From positions 2,336,001 to 2,400,000 of the forward strand of contig OZ241362.1 of the NCBI GenBank assembly GCA_965200315.1: a DNA stretch of 64,000 nucleotides, given 5' to 3'. The DNA comes from Candidatus Latescibacterota bacterium (GTDB taxonomy: Bacteria; Latescibacterota; UBA2968; UBA8231). The position numbers and the translations under genes are program-made. Below the pieces are notes generated by a model. The model made no database searches. It saw only the letters and a list, made by a program, of their open reading frames with translations, and was not told the origin of the DNA. Shown piece by piece: positions 8,800-18,274 of the stretch; the stretch's first letter is position 1; each line of letters starts with the position of its first letter.

Positions 8800-9282
8800 T
8801 TAGTAAGATTTTTCAGTATATGAGTAGGCTTCTTCTTCTGCTTCTTCGCTGATCCGTTCATGCTTCTTGATTCCAAAAAGGACAGATAATTGAGAAGATG
8901 CTGTTTCTTCATCTCTTAGATAGCGGTATTTCATCCACAAAGAGTCGTTTTCAATAACCTCGTCTTCTAACTCAACCCACAATTCTTTCCACTGGCCTAA
9001 GAGCCTATCACACCGAGTACAGATAACTCTAAGCAAAGCCGCTTTTTCTCCATACCTCATAGTCATATCCCAAACAGTGGCAACAATAACCAAGGGAGCA
9101 AAAACAAAGGTAGCCTCCCTTGGTATTACCTCAAAAATCGCAGAGGCCCCGGCTATATAGGAAAACAAAATAGTTCCCCGAAGACGACGTTCACGAACGT
9201 CGTAGTATTGAGACAACTCATAGTAGTACCTAAAGAGTCGCTCTGCATTATTCAACTGCTTCCAGACTTCATCTCTCAGCAT
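8800..9282 (-). CDS. Two-TM protein, SLATT-like effector architecture
   Basis: N-terminal helix (RLFRYY), two adjacent hydrophobic segments, then a cytoplasmic helical tail (YGEKAALLR...WKELW); AT-rich. Family call is by architecture only. Confidence 0.5.
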   Translation of the reverse strand: MLRDEVWKQLNNAERLFRYYYELSQYYDVRERRLRGTILFSYIAGASAIFEVIPREATFVFAPLVIVATVWDMTMRYGEKAALLRVICTRCDRLLGQWKELWVELEDEVIENDSLWMKYRYLRDEETASSQLSVLFGIKKHERISEEAEEEAYSYTEKSY

Positions 9283-9480
9283 AACATCTACCCCTTTTTC
9301 TGTACCTCTTTGGCCGATTTTGGCCGATTCGGTTTTGGCCAAGCCTCGTCAATCACATCTAAGCCTCTTACTTAGGGCAATCACATTATAAATGACAATT
9401 CTCTGACCCGCTTGCGGGACTAAAATACCGCAGGATCCCCTACGCATAATCCACTTACACCAGTTACACTAGTTCGCTAG

Positions 9481-9885
9481 CTACAATTCAAGCACAAAAT
9501 TGGGATCCGCCATGTTCTTTCTGAATTCGGCGAAATCCTTTAGCGGATTTTCTTGAATGATACCGAGAATGCCGTTGAGAGCCGTTTGTAGTTGCTGGTC
9601 GTTACCCGTGTCCACCGCCCGATGCAACAGACTGTAAAACTGTTCCAGTGCTCCCTTGCGCTCTGCGAACCGATGCTCAAAATAAGAAAGGACGACTTCC
9701 TTCTCGTTGTTGAGTTCGGCGACAATCGCGTCGCGCTTGGCCCAGATATACGCTCTCTTTGTCTCCTCCTCTTGGCGCGTCTTTAGGTACCCAACTACCT
9801 CGGTAACGATAGCCAAGGGATTGACAGCACTGACAACTTTGCCGCCGCCCACAATTCCACCGACCTTCCTCAGTACTTGTGACAT
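9481..9885 (-). CDS. Hypothetical coiled-coil protein with amphipathic N-terminus (134 aa)
   Basis: Clean ORF with AGGAG RBS; helical composition. Confidence 0.7.
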   Translation of the reverse strand: MSQVLRKVGGIVGGGKVVSAVNPLAIVTEVVGYLKTRQEEETKRAYIWAKRDAIVAELNNEKEVVLSYFEHRFAERKGALEQFYSLLHRAVDTGNDQQLQTALNGILGIIQENPLKDFAEFRKNMADPNFVLEL

Positions 9886-9958
9886 AAGTTGTTCAAACTC
9901 CTAGTTATGTAAGGCGGAATTGGGTCTGCGCTTCGCCTTTTTCTTATCAGATTTCTGC

Positions 9959-10873
9959 TTAGCGGTGGTCTTCTTGGCCATGCTCAAGGGTGATGTTGCC
10001 GTTCTTGTCGACGAAAGTGACATCCAGCAGTTCGCCTAGGGCCTTTGCCGTTTGAGCGACCTTATAAGCGTCTTCAAGGTTTGCCGGAGAGCCGCTTGCA
10101 AGCTGACTTTGAAGTGCTTGATCGATTTCGTCGGTAGCCTTGTACACCTCGTCTACACGGCGCAACACAATTTTGACCACTGCCAGTTGCTGCTCTATCT
10201 GCGCTTCAGCTATGTCCATCTCGGCGATCTTCTCCTCTACCTCTGTCTCGACTTTTTCAGCCTTAGAATCGGCGAAAAAACCTGCCACTAGCACAGCAGG
10301 TCCGACGACGAGTCCACCGAGTACCATAGTACCGGCTGCCACACCGCCGCCGCCCGCCGCAAGCGAGCCACCACCCAACCAAGCAAGTGTCGCACTCTTG
10401 GCCGCCGCGCCGCTAAGGGTCCCTATTGCTGTGCCCGTCGAAGCCGTACCAAGCGTACCAACTAAGCCGTAAACACCTGCTGCTGTTGACACGCCAGCAG
10501 CTCCACTGCTAGTGAGGCCACCGAGCACTTCAGCCGCCTGTACAGACGCGCCTTCCCATTCAGCCAATTTCTGGGGTGTGATCTTAAGTCGCTGCTCCAA
10601 GTCGCGGTCGCGAATCTTCGCCTTCTTTAAAAAGTCCACGGCCCGTCCCAGTGTAGTGAGTGCTTCGAGACGCCGCATTCCGAGGGTGCTGAGCTTCGCA
10701 TCTGCTTTCTTCCGCCGATCCTTATAACGCCGCTCAGTATTTCTGTACTGTCTGAGACGGCGATCGTAGTGTTCTTTTGCGTTTTTGATTCTATCGCTGG
10801 CGCTTATCATAGTTCCGACACCTATGACAGCACTTATAGCAGCACCTATGCCAAGAATGATGGGAAGGGGCAT
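9959..10873 (-). CDS. Hypothetical glycine-zipper membrane/coiled-coil protein
   Basis: Start MPLPIILG with AAGGAG RBS; coiled coil, then ASTGTAIGTLSGAAAKSATLAWLGGGSLAAGGGGVAAG hydrophobic hairpin, then coiled coil. Confidence 0.75.
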   Translation of the reverse strand: MPLPIILGIGAAISAVIGVGTMISASDRIKNAKEHYDRRLRQYRNTERRYKDRRKKADAKLSTLGMRRLEALTTLGRAVDFLKKAKIRDRDLEQRLKITPQKLAEWEGASVQAAEVLGGLTSSGAAGVSTAAGVYGLVGTLGTASTGTAIGTLSGAAAKSATLAWLGGGSLAAGGGGVAAGTMVLGGLVVGPAVLVAGFFADSKAEKVETEVEEKIAEMDIAEAQIEQQLAVVKIVLRRVDEVYKATDEIDQALQSQLASGSPANLEDAYKVAQTAKALGELLDVTFVDKNGNITLEHGQEDHR

Positions 10874-10915
10874 GAGAACGGCTCCTTGTAAAATGAGTGA
10901 AAGGGGATAATTCGC

Positions 10916-11024
10916 AGTTGCTATTGGCAAATGCGCCGCAATAGTATAGCCATCGAAGAGCAATACGCCAAGCCCTTTGCCGAGCAAGTTGCTATTGGCA
11001 AATGCGCCGCAATAGTATAGCCAT
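10916..11024. repeat. Two identical 38-bp direct repeats separated by 33 bp
   Basis: AGTTGCTATTGGCAAATGCGCCGCAATAGTATAGCCAT at 10916-10953 and 10987-11024. Confidence 0.95.
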
Positions 11025-11273
11025 AGCGCGAGGCCATGCAAAGATCATTAACAGATGTTGTGCATCTACCCTACATCAATAGGAGCCAACCTGCTACAAG
11101 ATATTGCATACAGACCAAACATGGTGTCGGCGCAGATTTTCCGTCACATTATTCCAAAAGGCCGTCTCATGCAGCCAAAACGGGTTCCCTATTATCAAAA
11201 AGGGCGGCGCAATAACAGGACGCTTGTCCTTGATTTCTTTCATGCTCTTTCTCCTGTCCAGTTCTATCGGCCA

Positions 11274-11471
11274 TTAGGGTGTATTCCTTTGGACCATCTC
11301 TTCTGTTTGCTGCCTAATCTCTGCGGCCCGGTGATATTTTTTGGCCGCCTCCGGGTCAGCAAAATGCTTCTTGGATAGCCTGACAACCTTCCGCGCTTGA
11401 AACGGATTGAAGGCGACCTTTACCTGCCTATTGCAGCTTGCATAGACCATGAATGGATTCATAATAATCAC
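11274..11471 (-). other. Short ORF or gene remnant of unknown function
   Basis: 65-aa ORF with a purine-rich RBS-like stretch upstream; no recognisable motif. Confidence 0.25.
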
Positions 11472-11527
11472 TCCCTTCCTAGGGGAGAGAGTCAGTCGGT
11501 TGAATTAACAGGTGCTACCGCCCCGGT

Positions 11528-14500
11528 CTAACGTTTTGCCACCCACAGCTTCCACTCCTCGACCGCGCAGTAAAGCACCGGCACAACCGGCGCGGTCAGC
11601 ACCACCGCCATCATGCCGCCGAAGGTGGGAATGGCCATCGGCAGCATGAGGTCTGCGCCGCGTCCACTTGCCGTCAGCACCGGGACCAGCGCCAAGATCG
11701 TGGTGGCCGCGGTCATCAGGCAGGGGCGGATGCGCCGCACCCCAGCGGCGAGCGCGGCGCGGCGCATCGCCTCGACGGTCGCTGGCTTTTGCTCGCGGAA
11801 GATTTGGCGCAAGTACGTCGCCACGATCACGCCGTTGTCCGAGGCAATGCCAAACAGCGCGAGAAAACCCACCCACACCGCCACGCTCAAGTTCAGCGGA
11901 CGGACGTGGAAGAGGTCGCGCATCTGTGTGTCGAAGACGGAGAAATCCAAAAACCATTCCTGCCCGTAGAGCCACAGCATGGCAAAGCCACCGGCCCAAG
12001 CCACCGCAACCCCAGAAAAGACCATCAGCGCTGTGCCGGCGTTGCCAAATTGGAAATAGAGGATGAGGAAAATAATCGCCAGCGCGAGCGGCAGCAGCAC
12101 GTTGAGCTTCTTCTGCGCTCGCAGTTGATTTTCATAGCTGCCGGCGAAGGTGTAGCTGACGCCAGTCTCCAGCACTAAATCGCCATTGGCCCTTTTACTG
12201 GCCAAATAATATCGACACGCTTCCACCACATCGACTTCCGCGTACCCCGGCTTCTTGTCAAAGAGCACGTAGCCTAGCAAAAACGTATCTTCGCTCTTGA
12301 TGACTTGGGGGCCGCGCACGTAGCGAATCTCGGCCAATTCGCCCAAGGGTATCTGCGCTCCGTCCGGTGCTGGCACCAGAATGCGCACTAGGTCCTCGAC
12401 GCTGTCGCGCAACTCGCGCATGTAGCGCACCCGCACGGGATAGCGCTCGCGCCCTTCCACCGTAGTAGTGACCAGCTTGCCCCCGATGGCGATCTCAATT
12501 ACGTCCTGCACCTTTTGCAGGGCGATGCCGTGGCGGGCAATGGCCTCGCGGTCGATGTGGATCTCCAAGTAGGGCTTACCGACGATGCGGTCGGCGTTGA
12601 CGGTCGCCGGCTCGACCAAGGGCACTTTCTTGAGCAAGCGCTCTATCTCCAAGCCGGCGCGCTCGATGGCCTCCAAACTCGGGCCTTTGATCTCAATGCC
12701 CATGGGCGCGCGCATCCCGCTCTGCAACATGACGAGCCGGGCGGCAATCGGCTGCAACTTCGGTGCCGAGGTTGAGCCGGGAATCTGGCCGGCCCGAGCG
12801 ATCTCCGCCCATATATCGTCGGGGCTCTGTATCCCCGGCCAAGCGGCGCGTCCCGGATTGAGCGCGGGCTCCAAGGGCGGACGCCACAAGCGAAAAGGAC
12901 GCCCGCTGGCGTCGGGCACGAGGCGACCAGTCTCATCGCGAATATAGCGGCCCGGCACCTTGTAGGGTGCGCCATCGGGGGCGGACGCAGGCGTGCCATC
13001 GGACGCACGGAACAGGTCCGTGGCGTGCTCGTCAAAAGCGAACAATCGGCGGCGACCATCCACGTCAGTGAGGTATTCCGCACGATAGTTGATCACAGTC
13101 TCAATCATGGAAATCGGCGCGGGGTCCAGCGGCGACTCCGCCCGTCCCAACTTCCCCACGGCGGACGCCACTTCTGGTATCTGCGAAATGGCCGCGTTTT
13201 GCTTCTGCAGGACGTCGAGCACCTCGCCGATGGATGCGTGCGGCATGGTCGTCGGCATCCACAGGAAGGAGCCTTCGTCGAGAGGCGGCATAAACTCCTT
13301 GCCCAACCCGGGCAGGGCCTCGGCGAGAGCGGCAAAAGGCGCTGAATGACGCAAGGCAGGCGGCACAAAGCCAAAGACGCGGGCAAAACCCAGCCACGCA
13401 GACGCGCCCGCCAGCAGCAGCAACAAGGGGAACAACAGGGCCAAGCCCTTGTGATCCAGACACCACCGGAGTACGCGGGGGAATGCGCCTTGCAAGGCGC
13501 GAAAAAGCGCCAACAGGCCGCCGATCAATCCGGCGACGAAGAGAAAATTGCGCCATCCGCCCTTTTCCGGTCCCAAGGGCAACCAATGTTCCGCTAGCAC
13601 GGCAACGACCCCGATAGCCGCGGCGGCTATAACACCCCGAGCCACCCACAAGCGCACCCGCTCAGGTACGCGGGCGGCGAGCAGGTGATACGCTCCAATA
13701 GCTATCAGCAGCAGACCAACCCACCACGACAGCGCGAGGGCCACTCCAAGACCACAGGCCGCCCAAAGACCAGGTGCCCAACTCCCCAGTCGCGTACCAA
13801 ACGCGCAGTGCGCCAAGGCCGGCAAAGCCGTCAGTGACAGCCACACCGCGGCCAACAGCGCGAAGGTCTTGGTAAAAGCCAGTGGCGCAAAGAGTTTGCC
13901 CTCGGCCCCTTGCATGGCGAAGACGGGCAAAAAGCCCACCACTGTGGTGAGCACGGCCGTCAGCACGGCACCGCCGACCTCGCGCGTGGCGCGGAAGACC
14001 ACCTCCAAACGGTCGTCCTCTGCGTCTGCATCCTCTAGGTGCTTGAGGATGTTCTCGCTGATGACGATGCCCATATCGACCATGGTGCCGATGGCGATGG
14101 CAATGCCGGAGAGGGCGACTATGTTGGCGTCAATGCCAAAGACCTTCATCGCGGCGAAGCAGGCGAGCACAGCGAGCGGCAACAGCCCAGAGACCAGCAT
14201 GGCTCCCCGTAGGTTCAGCACCAGCGCCAGCACCACGATCACCGTTACCAGCACCTCCTCGCTCAGGGCACGCTCCAACGTGCCCAGCGTCTCCTCAATC
14301 AATCCGGAGCGGTCGTAAAAAGGGATCACCTGCACTTGGCTGACCCGCCCGTCGAGCAAGGTTTTCTTGGGCAGGCTCGGGGCGATTTCCGCGACCTTGG
14401 CCTTGACGCTTTCAATGGCGGCTAGCGGATTAGCACCGAAGCGCGCCACAACCACGCCGCCGACCACCTCTGCACCTTCCTTGTCCAACGCGCCGCGCCG

Positions 14501-15382
14501 CAACGCCGGCCCTAGCGCGACCCGCGCGACGTTCTTGACGTAAATCGGAACGTTGTCCCGCGCCTTAATGACGGCATTTTCAAGGTCGGCCAAGCCTTTG
14601 ACAAAGCCGATGCCGCGAATGACGTACTCGGCTCGATTCAGCTCTACGGTGCGCGCGCCCACGTCCCGGTTGGACATGCGCACCGCGTGGAAGACCTCGT
14701 CGAGCCGCACCCCATAGGCGCGCAGTGCGTCTGGGTTGACATCGATTTGGTATTCCTGCACGAAGCCGCCCACAGACGCCACCTCGCTGATGCCGTCGGC
14801 CGCTAACAGGGCATAGCGCACCTGCCAGTCCTGAATGCGGCGCAACTCGTGCAAATCCCAGCCGCCGGTGGGCGCACCCTGTTCGTCGCGGCCTTCCAGT
14901 GTGTACCAGAACACTTGCCCCAAGGCCGTTGCGTCCGGCCCCAAGGCCGGCTGGACGCCCTCGGGCAAAAGGCCGGCCGGTAGGCTGTTGAGCTTTTCGA
15001 GAATGCGGGAGCGCGACCAGTAGAAATCGACTTCTTCGGCAAAAATTACATAGATGCTCGAAAAGCCGAACATCGAGGAACTGCGGATCGTCTCGACGCC
15101 CGGCACACCCAAAAGGGCCGTAGTCAGCGGATAGGTCACCTGATCTTCCACGTCTTGCGGCGAGCGGCCCGGCCATTCGCTGAAGACGATCTGCTGGTTT
15201 TCGCCAATGTCTGGGATCGCATCTACAGGCACGGGGTCACGCGGCAGCCACTCCAATTCCCAAGCAAAGGGGGCGACCGCAAGGCCCCAACCCACGAGGC
15301 CGACCAACATGAGCGCGACGACCAGCTTGCGCGTGAGAAAGAAGCGCACCAAGCGGGTGAGCAGCGAATTTTGTCCTTCCAT
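11528..15382 (-). CDS. cusA: CusA/CzcA heavy-metal RND efflux permease
   Basis: DAIPDIGENQQIV, WPGRSPQDVEDQVTYPL, GIAIAIGTMVD, EFMPPLDEG, RIRPCLMT; long version with a periplasmic insertion. Confidence 0.92.
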   Translation of the reverse strand: MEGQNSLLTRLVRFFLTRKLVVALMLVGLVGWGLAVAPFAWELEWLPRDPVPVDAIPDIGENQQIVFSEWPGRSPQDVEDQVTYPLTTALLGVPGVETIRSSSMFGFSSIYVIFAEEVDFYWSRSRILEKLNSLPAGLLPEGVQPALGPDATALGQVFWYTLEGRDEQGAPTGGWDLHELRRIQDWQVRYALLAADGISEVASVGGFVQEYQIDVNPDALRAYGVRLDEVFHAVRMSNRDVGARTVELNRAEYVIRGIGFVKGLADLENAVIKARDNVPIYVKNVARVALGPALRRGALDKEGAEVVGGVVVARFGANPLAAIESVKAKVAEIAPSLPKKTLLDGRVSQVQVIPFYDRSGLIEETLGTLERALSEEVLVTVIVVLALVLNLRGAMLVSGLLPLAVLACFAAMKVFGIDANIVALSGIAIAIGTMVDMGIVISENILKHLEDADAEDDRLEVVFRATREVGGAVLTAVLTTVVGFLPVFAMQGAEGKLFAPLAFTKTFALLAAVWLSLTALPALAHCAFGTRLGSWAPGLWAACGLGVALALSWWVGLLLIAIGAYHLLAARVPERVRLWVARGVIAAAAIGVVAVLAEHWLPLGPEKGGWRNFLFVAGLIGGLLALFRALQGAFPRVLRWCLDHKGLALLFPLLLLLAGASAWLGFARVFGFVPPALRHSAPFAALAEALPGLGKEFMPPLDEGSFLWMPTTMPHASIGEVLDVLQKQNAAISQIPEVASAVGKLGRAESPLDPAPISMIETVINYRAEYLTDVDGRRRLFAFDEHATDLFRASDGTPASAPDGAPYKVPGRYIRDETGRLVPDASGRPFRLWRPPLEPALNPGRAAWPGIQSPDDIWAEIARAGQIPGSTSAPKLQPIAARLVMLQSGMRAPMGIEIKGPSLEAIERAGLEIERLLKKVPLVEPATVNADRIVGKPYLEIHIDREAIARHGIALQKVQDVIEIAIGGKLVTTTVEGRERYPVRVRYMRELRDSVEDLVRILVPAPDGAQIPLGELAEIRYVRGPQVIKSEDTFLLGYVLFDKKPGYAEVDVVEACRYYLASKRANGDLVLETGVSYTFAGSYENQLRAQKKLNVLLPLALAIIFLILYFQFGNAGTALMVFSGVAVAWAGGFAMLWLYGQEWFLDFSVFDTQMRDLFHVRPLNLSVAVWVGFLALFGIASDNGVIVATYLRQIFREQKPATVEAMRRAALAAGVRRIRPCLMTAATTILALVPVLTASGRGADLMLPMAIPTFGGMMAVVLTAPVVPVLYCAVEEWKLWVAKR

Positions 15383-16866
15383 CAGGGACCTCCGTGGCTG
15401 TGCTCATGCGTGGAGGATGTGGGTGCGCTACTCCCACCGCGATGGGGAGCACCGCCTGCTGGATACATCGCACTCGGCTGGGCGCGGATCTGGAGGGCAC
15501 TGTCGATTTTGAACGCGCCATTGATCACCACTTGCTCTCCCGCGCGCAGCCCCTCGCGGACCAAGTAGTAATCCCCGGCCCGCGGCCCAAGCACGACCTC
15601 GCGGCCTTCGTACATGCCCTCGCCGAGCGCGACGTACACCACAGCGCGTTTGCCCGTCAGCAGCGGTGCCGAAGCTGGCACCACTAGCGGCATCTCGCGC
15701 TCCGCCTCGTCGCCAGTGTCATACAGCTCTTCGGCGCTCACTAGGGCCATGCCGCAAATGTCGCAGGCACCGGGCGCGTCGCGGACGATCTCTGGGTGCA
15801 TTGGGCTGACCCACTTGCCCTTGAGCGCGGGCGACATGGCCCGGCCGTGGGCACCCACCTCGGCTTGGGCCACGGCCCACACCAGCATCCCCGGCTTTAG
15901 CCGACCTTGCTCGTTTGCCACGTTGACTCGTACGCGCACCGTGCGCGTACGCTCGTCCAGCACGGGATCGACGAAGGATATTTGGCCGTTGAACACCTCG
16001 CCCGGATAGGCTTCGGTCGAGAATTCGACGGCCTGACCGTAGTGGATCCAAGATATATCCGACTCGTAGGAGCGGAGTTCCAGCCACAGCCGCGACAAGT
16101 CCGCAATGGTGTATATCGGCGTCCCGGTCTGCACGTACGCCCCCTCGCTGAGGTGCTTTTCTATCACCACGCCACCTGTTGGCGCGTAGATCGTCAAGTG
16201 GTCGGAGGCACGGCGCTCGCGCTCGACGCGCTCGATTTGCTCCTCCTTCAGCCCAAGCAGGCGCAGCTTTTCTCGCGCGGCCTCGACTGTCGCCTGCGCC
16301 GTCTGCCCAACGGACGTGCCGCTGTCAATCAATCGCTCGCGAGCGCGCAGGGCCTGGATTAGCTCCTCTTGGGAGGTCAGTAACTCGGGGCTGTAGAGAT
16401 AGGCTATGTGATCGCCCTTTTCGACCCGCACGCCCGTGTAGTCCACGTACAGCCGATCAATCCGGCCCGCAACCCAAGCGGTGATGGAGCGGACTTGCGT
16501 CTCATCTACCGCAATTTTGCCGACCATCCGCGTCTCGACCGGCGCGAAGCGGCGCTCGACCGACGCAGTCTGGATGCTGGCAAGCTCCTGCGCGGCGGGT
16601 GACAGGCGCAGCTCGCGCGGCCCCAAGGAGTCTCCCACAGCGGGCGCAGCCACCGGGATTAGGTCCATTCCGCAAATTGGACATTGGCCCGGTCTAGGCT
16701 GGCGAATTTGCGGGTGCATCGAGCAAGTCCACGTTTCGGCCTGTTCAGCGACTGCAGAGGGTGCGTGTCCGCTCGGTGTGTCCGAGCCGCCCAGACCCCA
16801 ACCCACAGCGAGGCCGACGATCCCCGCCACGATACCGGTAGCTATTATTTGCTTTGTCGCTTTCAT
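15382..16866 (-). CDS. cusB: CusB-like RND periplasmic adaptor with two heavy-metal-binding domains
   Basis: WTCSMHPQI..CPICGMDL and SPMHP..CDICGMAL; membrane-fusion motifs (LYSPEL, LKPGM); His-rich tail. Confidence 0.9.
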   Translation of the reverse strand: MKATKQIIATGIVAGIVGLAVGWGLGGSDTPSGHAPSAVAEQAETWTCSMHPQIRQPRPGQCPICGMDLIPVAAPAVGDSLGPRELRLSPAAQELASIQTASVERRFAPVETRMVGKIAVDETQVRSITAWVAGRIDRLYVDYTGVRVEKGDHIAYLYSPELLTSQEELIQALRARERLIDSGTSVGQTAQATVEAAREKLRLLGLKEEQIERVERERRASDHLTIYAPTGGVVIEKHLSEGAYVQTGTPIYTIADLSRLWLELRSYESDISWIHYGQAVEFSTEAYPGEVFNGQISFVDPVLDERTRTVRVRVNVANEQGRLKPGMLVWAVAQAEVGAHGRAMSPALKGKWVSPMHPEIVRDAPGACDICGMALVSAEELYDTGDEAEREMPLVVPASAPLLTGKRAVVYVALGEGMYEGREVVLGPRAGDYYLVREGLRAGEQVVINGAFKIDSALQIRAQPSAMYPAGGAPHRGGSSAPTSSTHEHSHGGP

Positions 16867-18128
16867 CGTTGGATTTCCTCTGTGATTGAGGGTTCACCGA
16901 CCAGCTTCTCTATCTCGGCCCAATGCAGGGCTTGGTCGGTGCGTGCGCGTTCGTACGCTAGCTGGAACTCCAGCAAAGTCCGTTGGGCGTCGATGACCGC
17001 GAGAAAATCGCTGCGGTCGGCAGCAAAGGCGCGTTGGGTTACGTTGAGCACCTGTTCGGCCTTGGGCAGCAGGCTGTCTCGGTAGAGGGCACTGCGGCTT
17101 TGGGCGTCGCGCTGCTTGTACAAGGCCAGTTCCAACTCGGCAACGAGTCTATTCTCCTCGTCCGCAATGCCCTGCAAGGCGGCCTGATGGCTCAGCTTAG
17201 CTGCACGTTCCCCGGCCTCGTAGGACGAGCACCACAAGGGCAAATTGATCGTGGCCATGGCCATCAGTGGATTTTCGCCGCGTTCGCCGATGTGGATGTA
17301 ATCGAGACTCACGGTCAGGTCCGGGTAAAACCGCTTGCCAGCCAACTCGACGCCTAGGGACTGCGCCTGCACCTGCGCTTGTCGCATTTGCAGCGTTGGA
17401 TTCGCGGCCTGCAAACGCGCTTTTAACATTTCCTCGTCTAGGTCCGACGCAGCCATGGGCAGCGAATCGGGCACGGCTATCGGAGCCGTCGCCGTGCGAC
17501 CGAGCGCCGCATTTAATCGGGCCGTGACCGGCCGCCGTTGCTGACGCAGACTGCGCAGTTGATCCTCTAAGCGGCCCAATTCCACCTGCGCTTTGAGAAC
17601 CGGAGCGTGATCGCCGGTGCCGCCGCGATAGCGAGTGCGGCCTACTTCTTCTAGGTGGGCCAACAGCCGCAAGTTTTCCTCGCTGACGGCGATGGCCCGC
17701 TCCAAAAAGTAGCAGTCGTAGTACGCGGCCTTGACCTCGAAAATCAGCGACCGCCGAGTGGCTTCATAGCGCTGGGCTGCGGCTGCGGCCTCTTGCTGAG
17801 CGATCCGTCCCTTGAGATCCAATTTGCCCTTCCAAGGGAAGGTTTGCGCCGCGCTAAAGCGCATTTCCTGCGGGCCGGTGCGCGTCTCCACCGGGCGGAC
17901 GAAATAGCCGTAGGTCAGGCGGGGGTCGGCCCAAGCACTCGCCGGGGCCACCTTTGCTAGGGCGGCCTTGTAGCGAGTCAAAGCCTGCTTGAGCTTGGGA
18001 GTGTGCTGTTCGGCGTAGCGCACGTACTCCGCGAGGTCGGCGCGGGGATCGAGTGCTGCTTCTTCCTGTGACCAAATCGGTCCTGCGAGCAAACCGACTA
18101 GCAGTAGGGCCGTTTTACTTTTGTACAT
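16863..18128 (-). CDS. TolC/CusC family outer-membrane efflux protein
   Basis: Signal peptide; QTFPWKGK, YPDL and duplicated outer-membrane efflux helices; overlaps the cusB start. Confidence 0.88.
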   Translation of the reverse strand: MYKSKTALLLVGLLAGPIWSQEEAALDPRADLAEYVRYAEQHTPKLKQALTRYKAALAKVAPASAWADPRLTYGYFVRPVETRTGPQEMRFSAAQTFPWKGKLDLKGRIAQQEAAAAAQRYEATRRSLIFEVKAAYYDCYFLERAIAVSEENLRLLAHLEEVGRTRYRGGTGDHAPVLKAQVELGRLEDQLRSLRQQRRPVTARLNAALGRTATAPIAVPDSLPMAASDLDEEMLKARLQAANPTLQMRQAQVQAQSLGVELAGKRFYPDLTVSLDYIHIGERGENPLMAMATINLPLWCSSYEAGERAAKLSHQAALQGIADEENRLVAELELALYKQRDAQSRSALYRDSLLPKAEQVLNVTQRAFAADRSDFLAVIDAQRTLLEFQLAYERARTDQALHWAEIEKLVGEPSITEEIQR

Positions 18129-18274
18129 GCAAATACTCCTCGCCGCGGGAGGTCTGAAATTCTCGTATAGACCCCGCAAATTGAGTGGAGTGTGGGACTT
18201 AGAAGCGTCTGAAAATTTCCGAGTATGCCCTAAGTTCGGACAGCTTATTTAGGACAAACCCAGTGCGGCGAGAA

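Noticed and set aside
10916-11024. Calling the 38-bp repeat pair a bona fide CRISPR array
   Set aside because: Only two repeats, no cas genes, and a competing tandem-promoter explanation; kept as a repeat and a finding.
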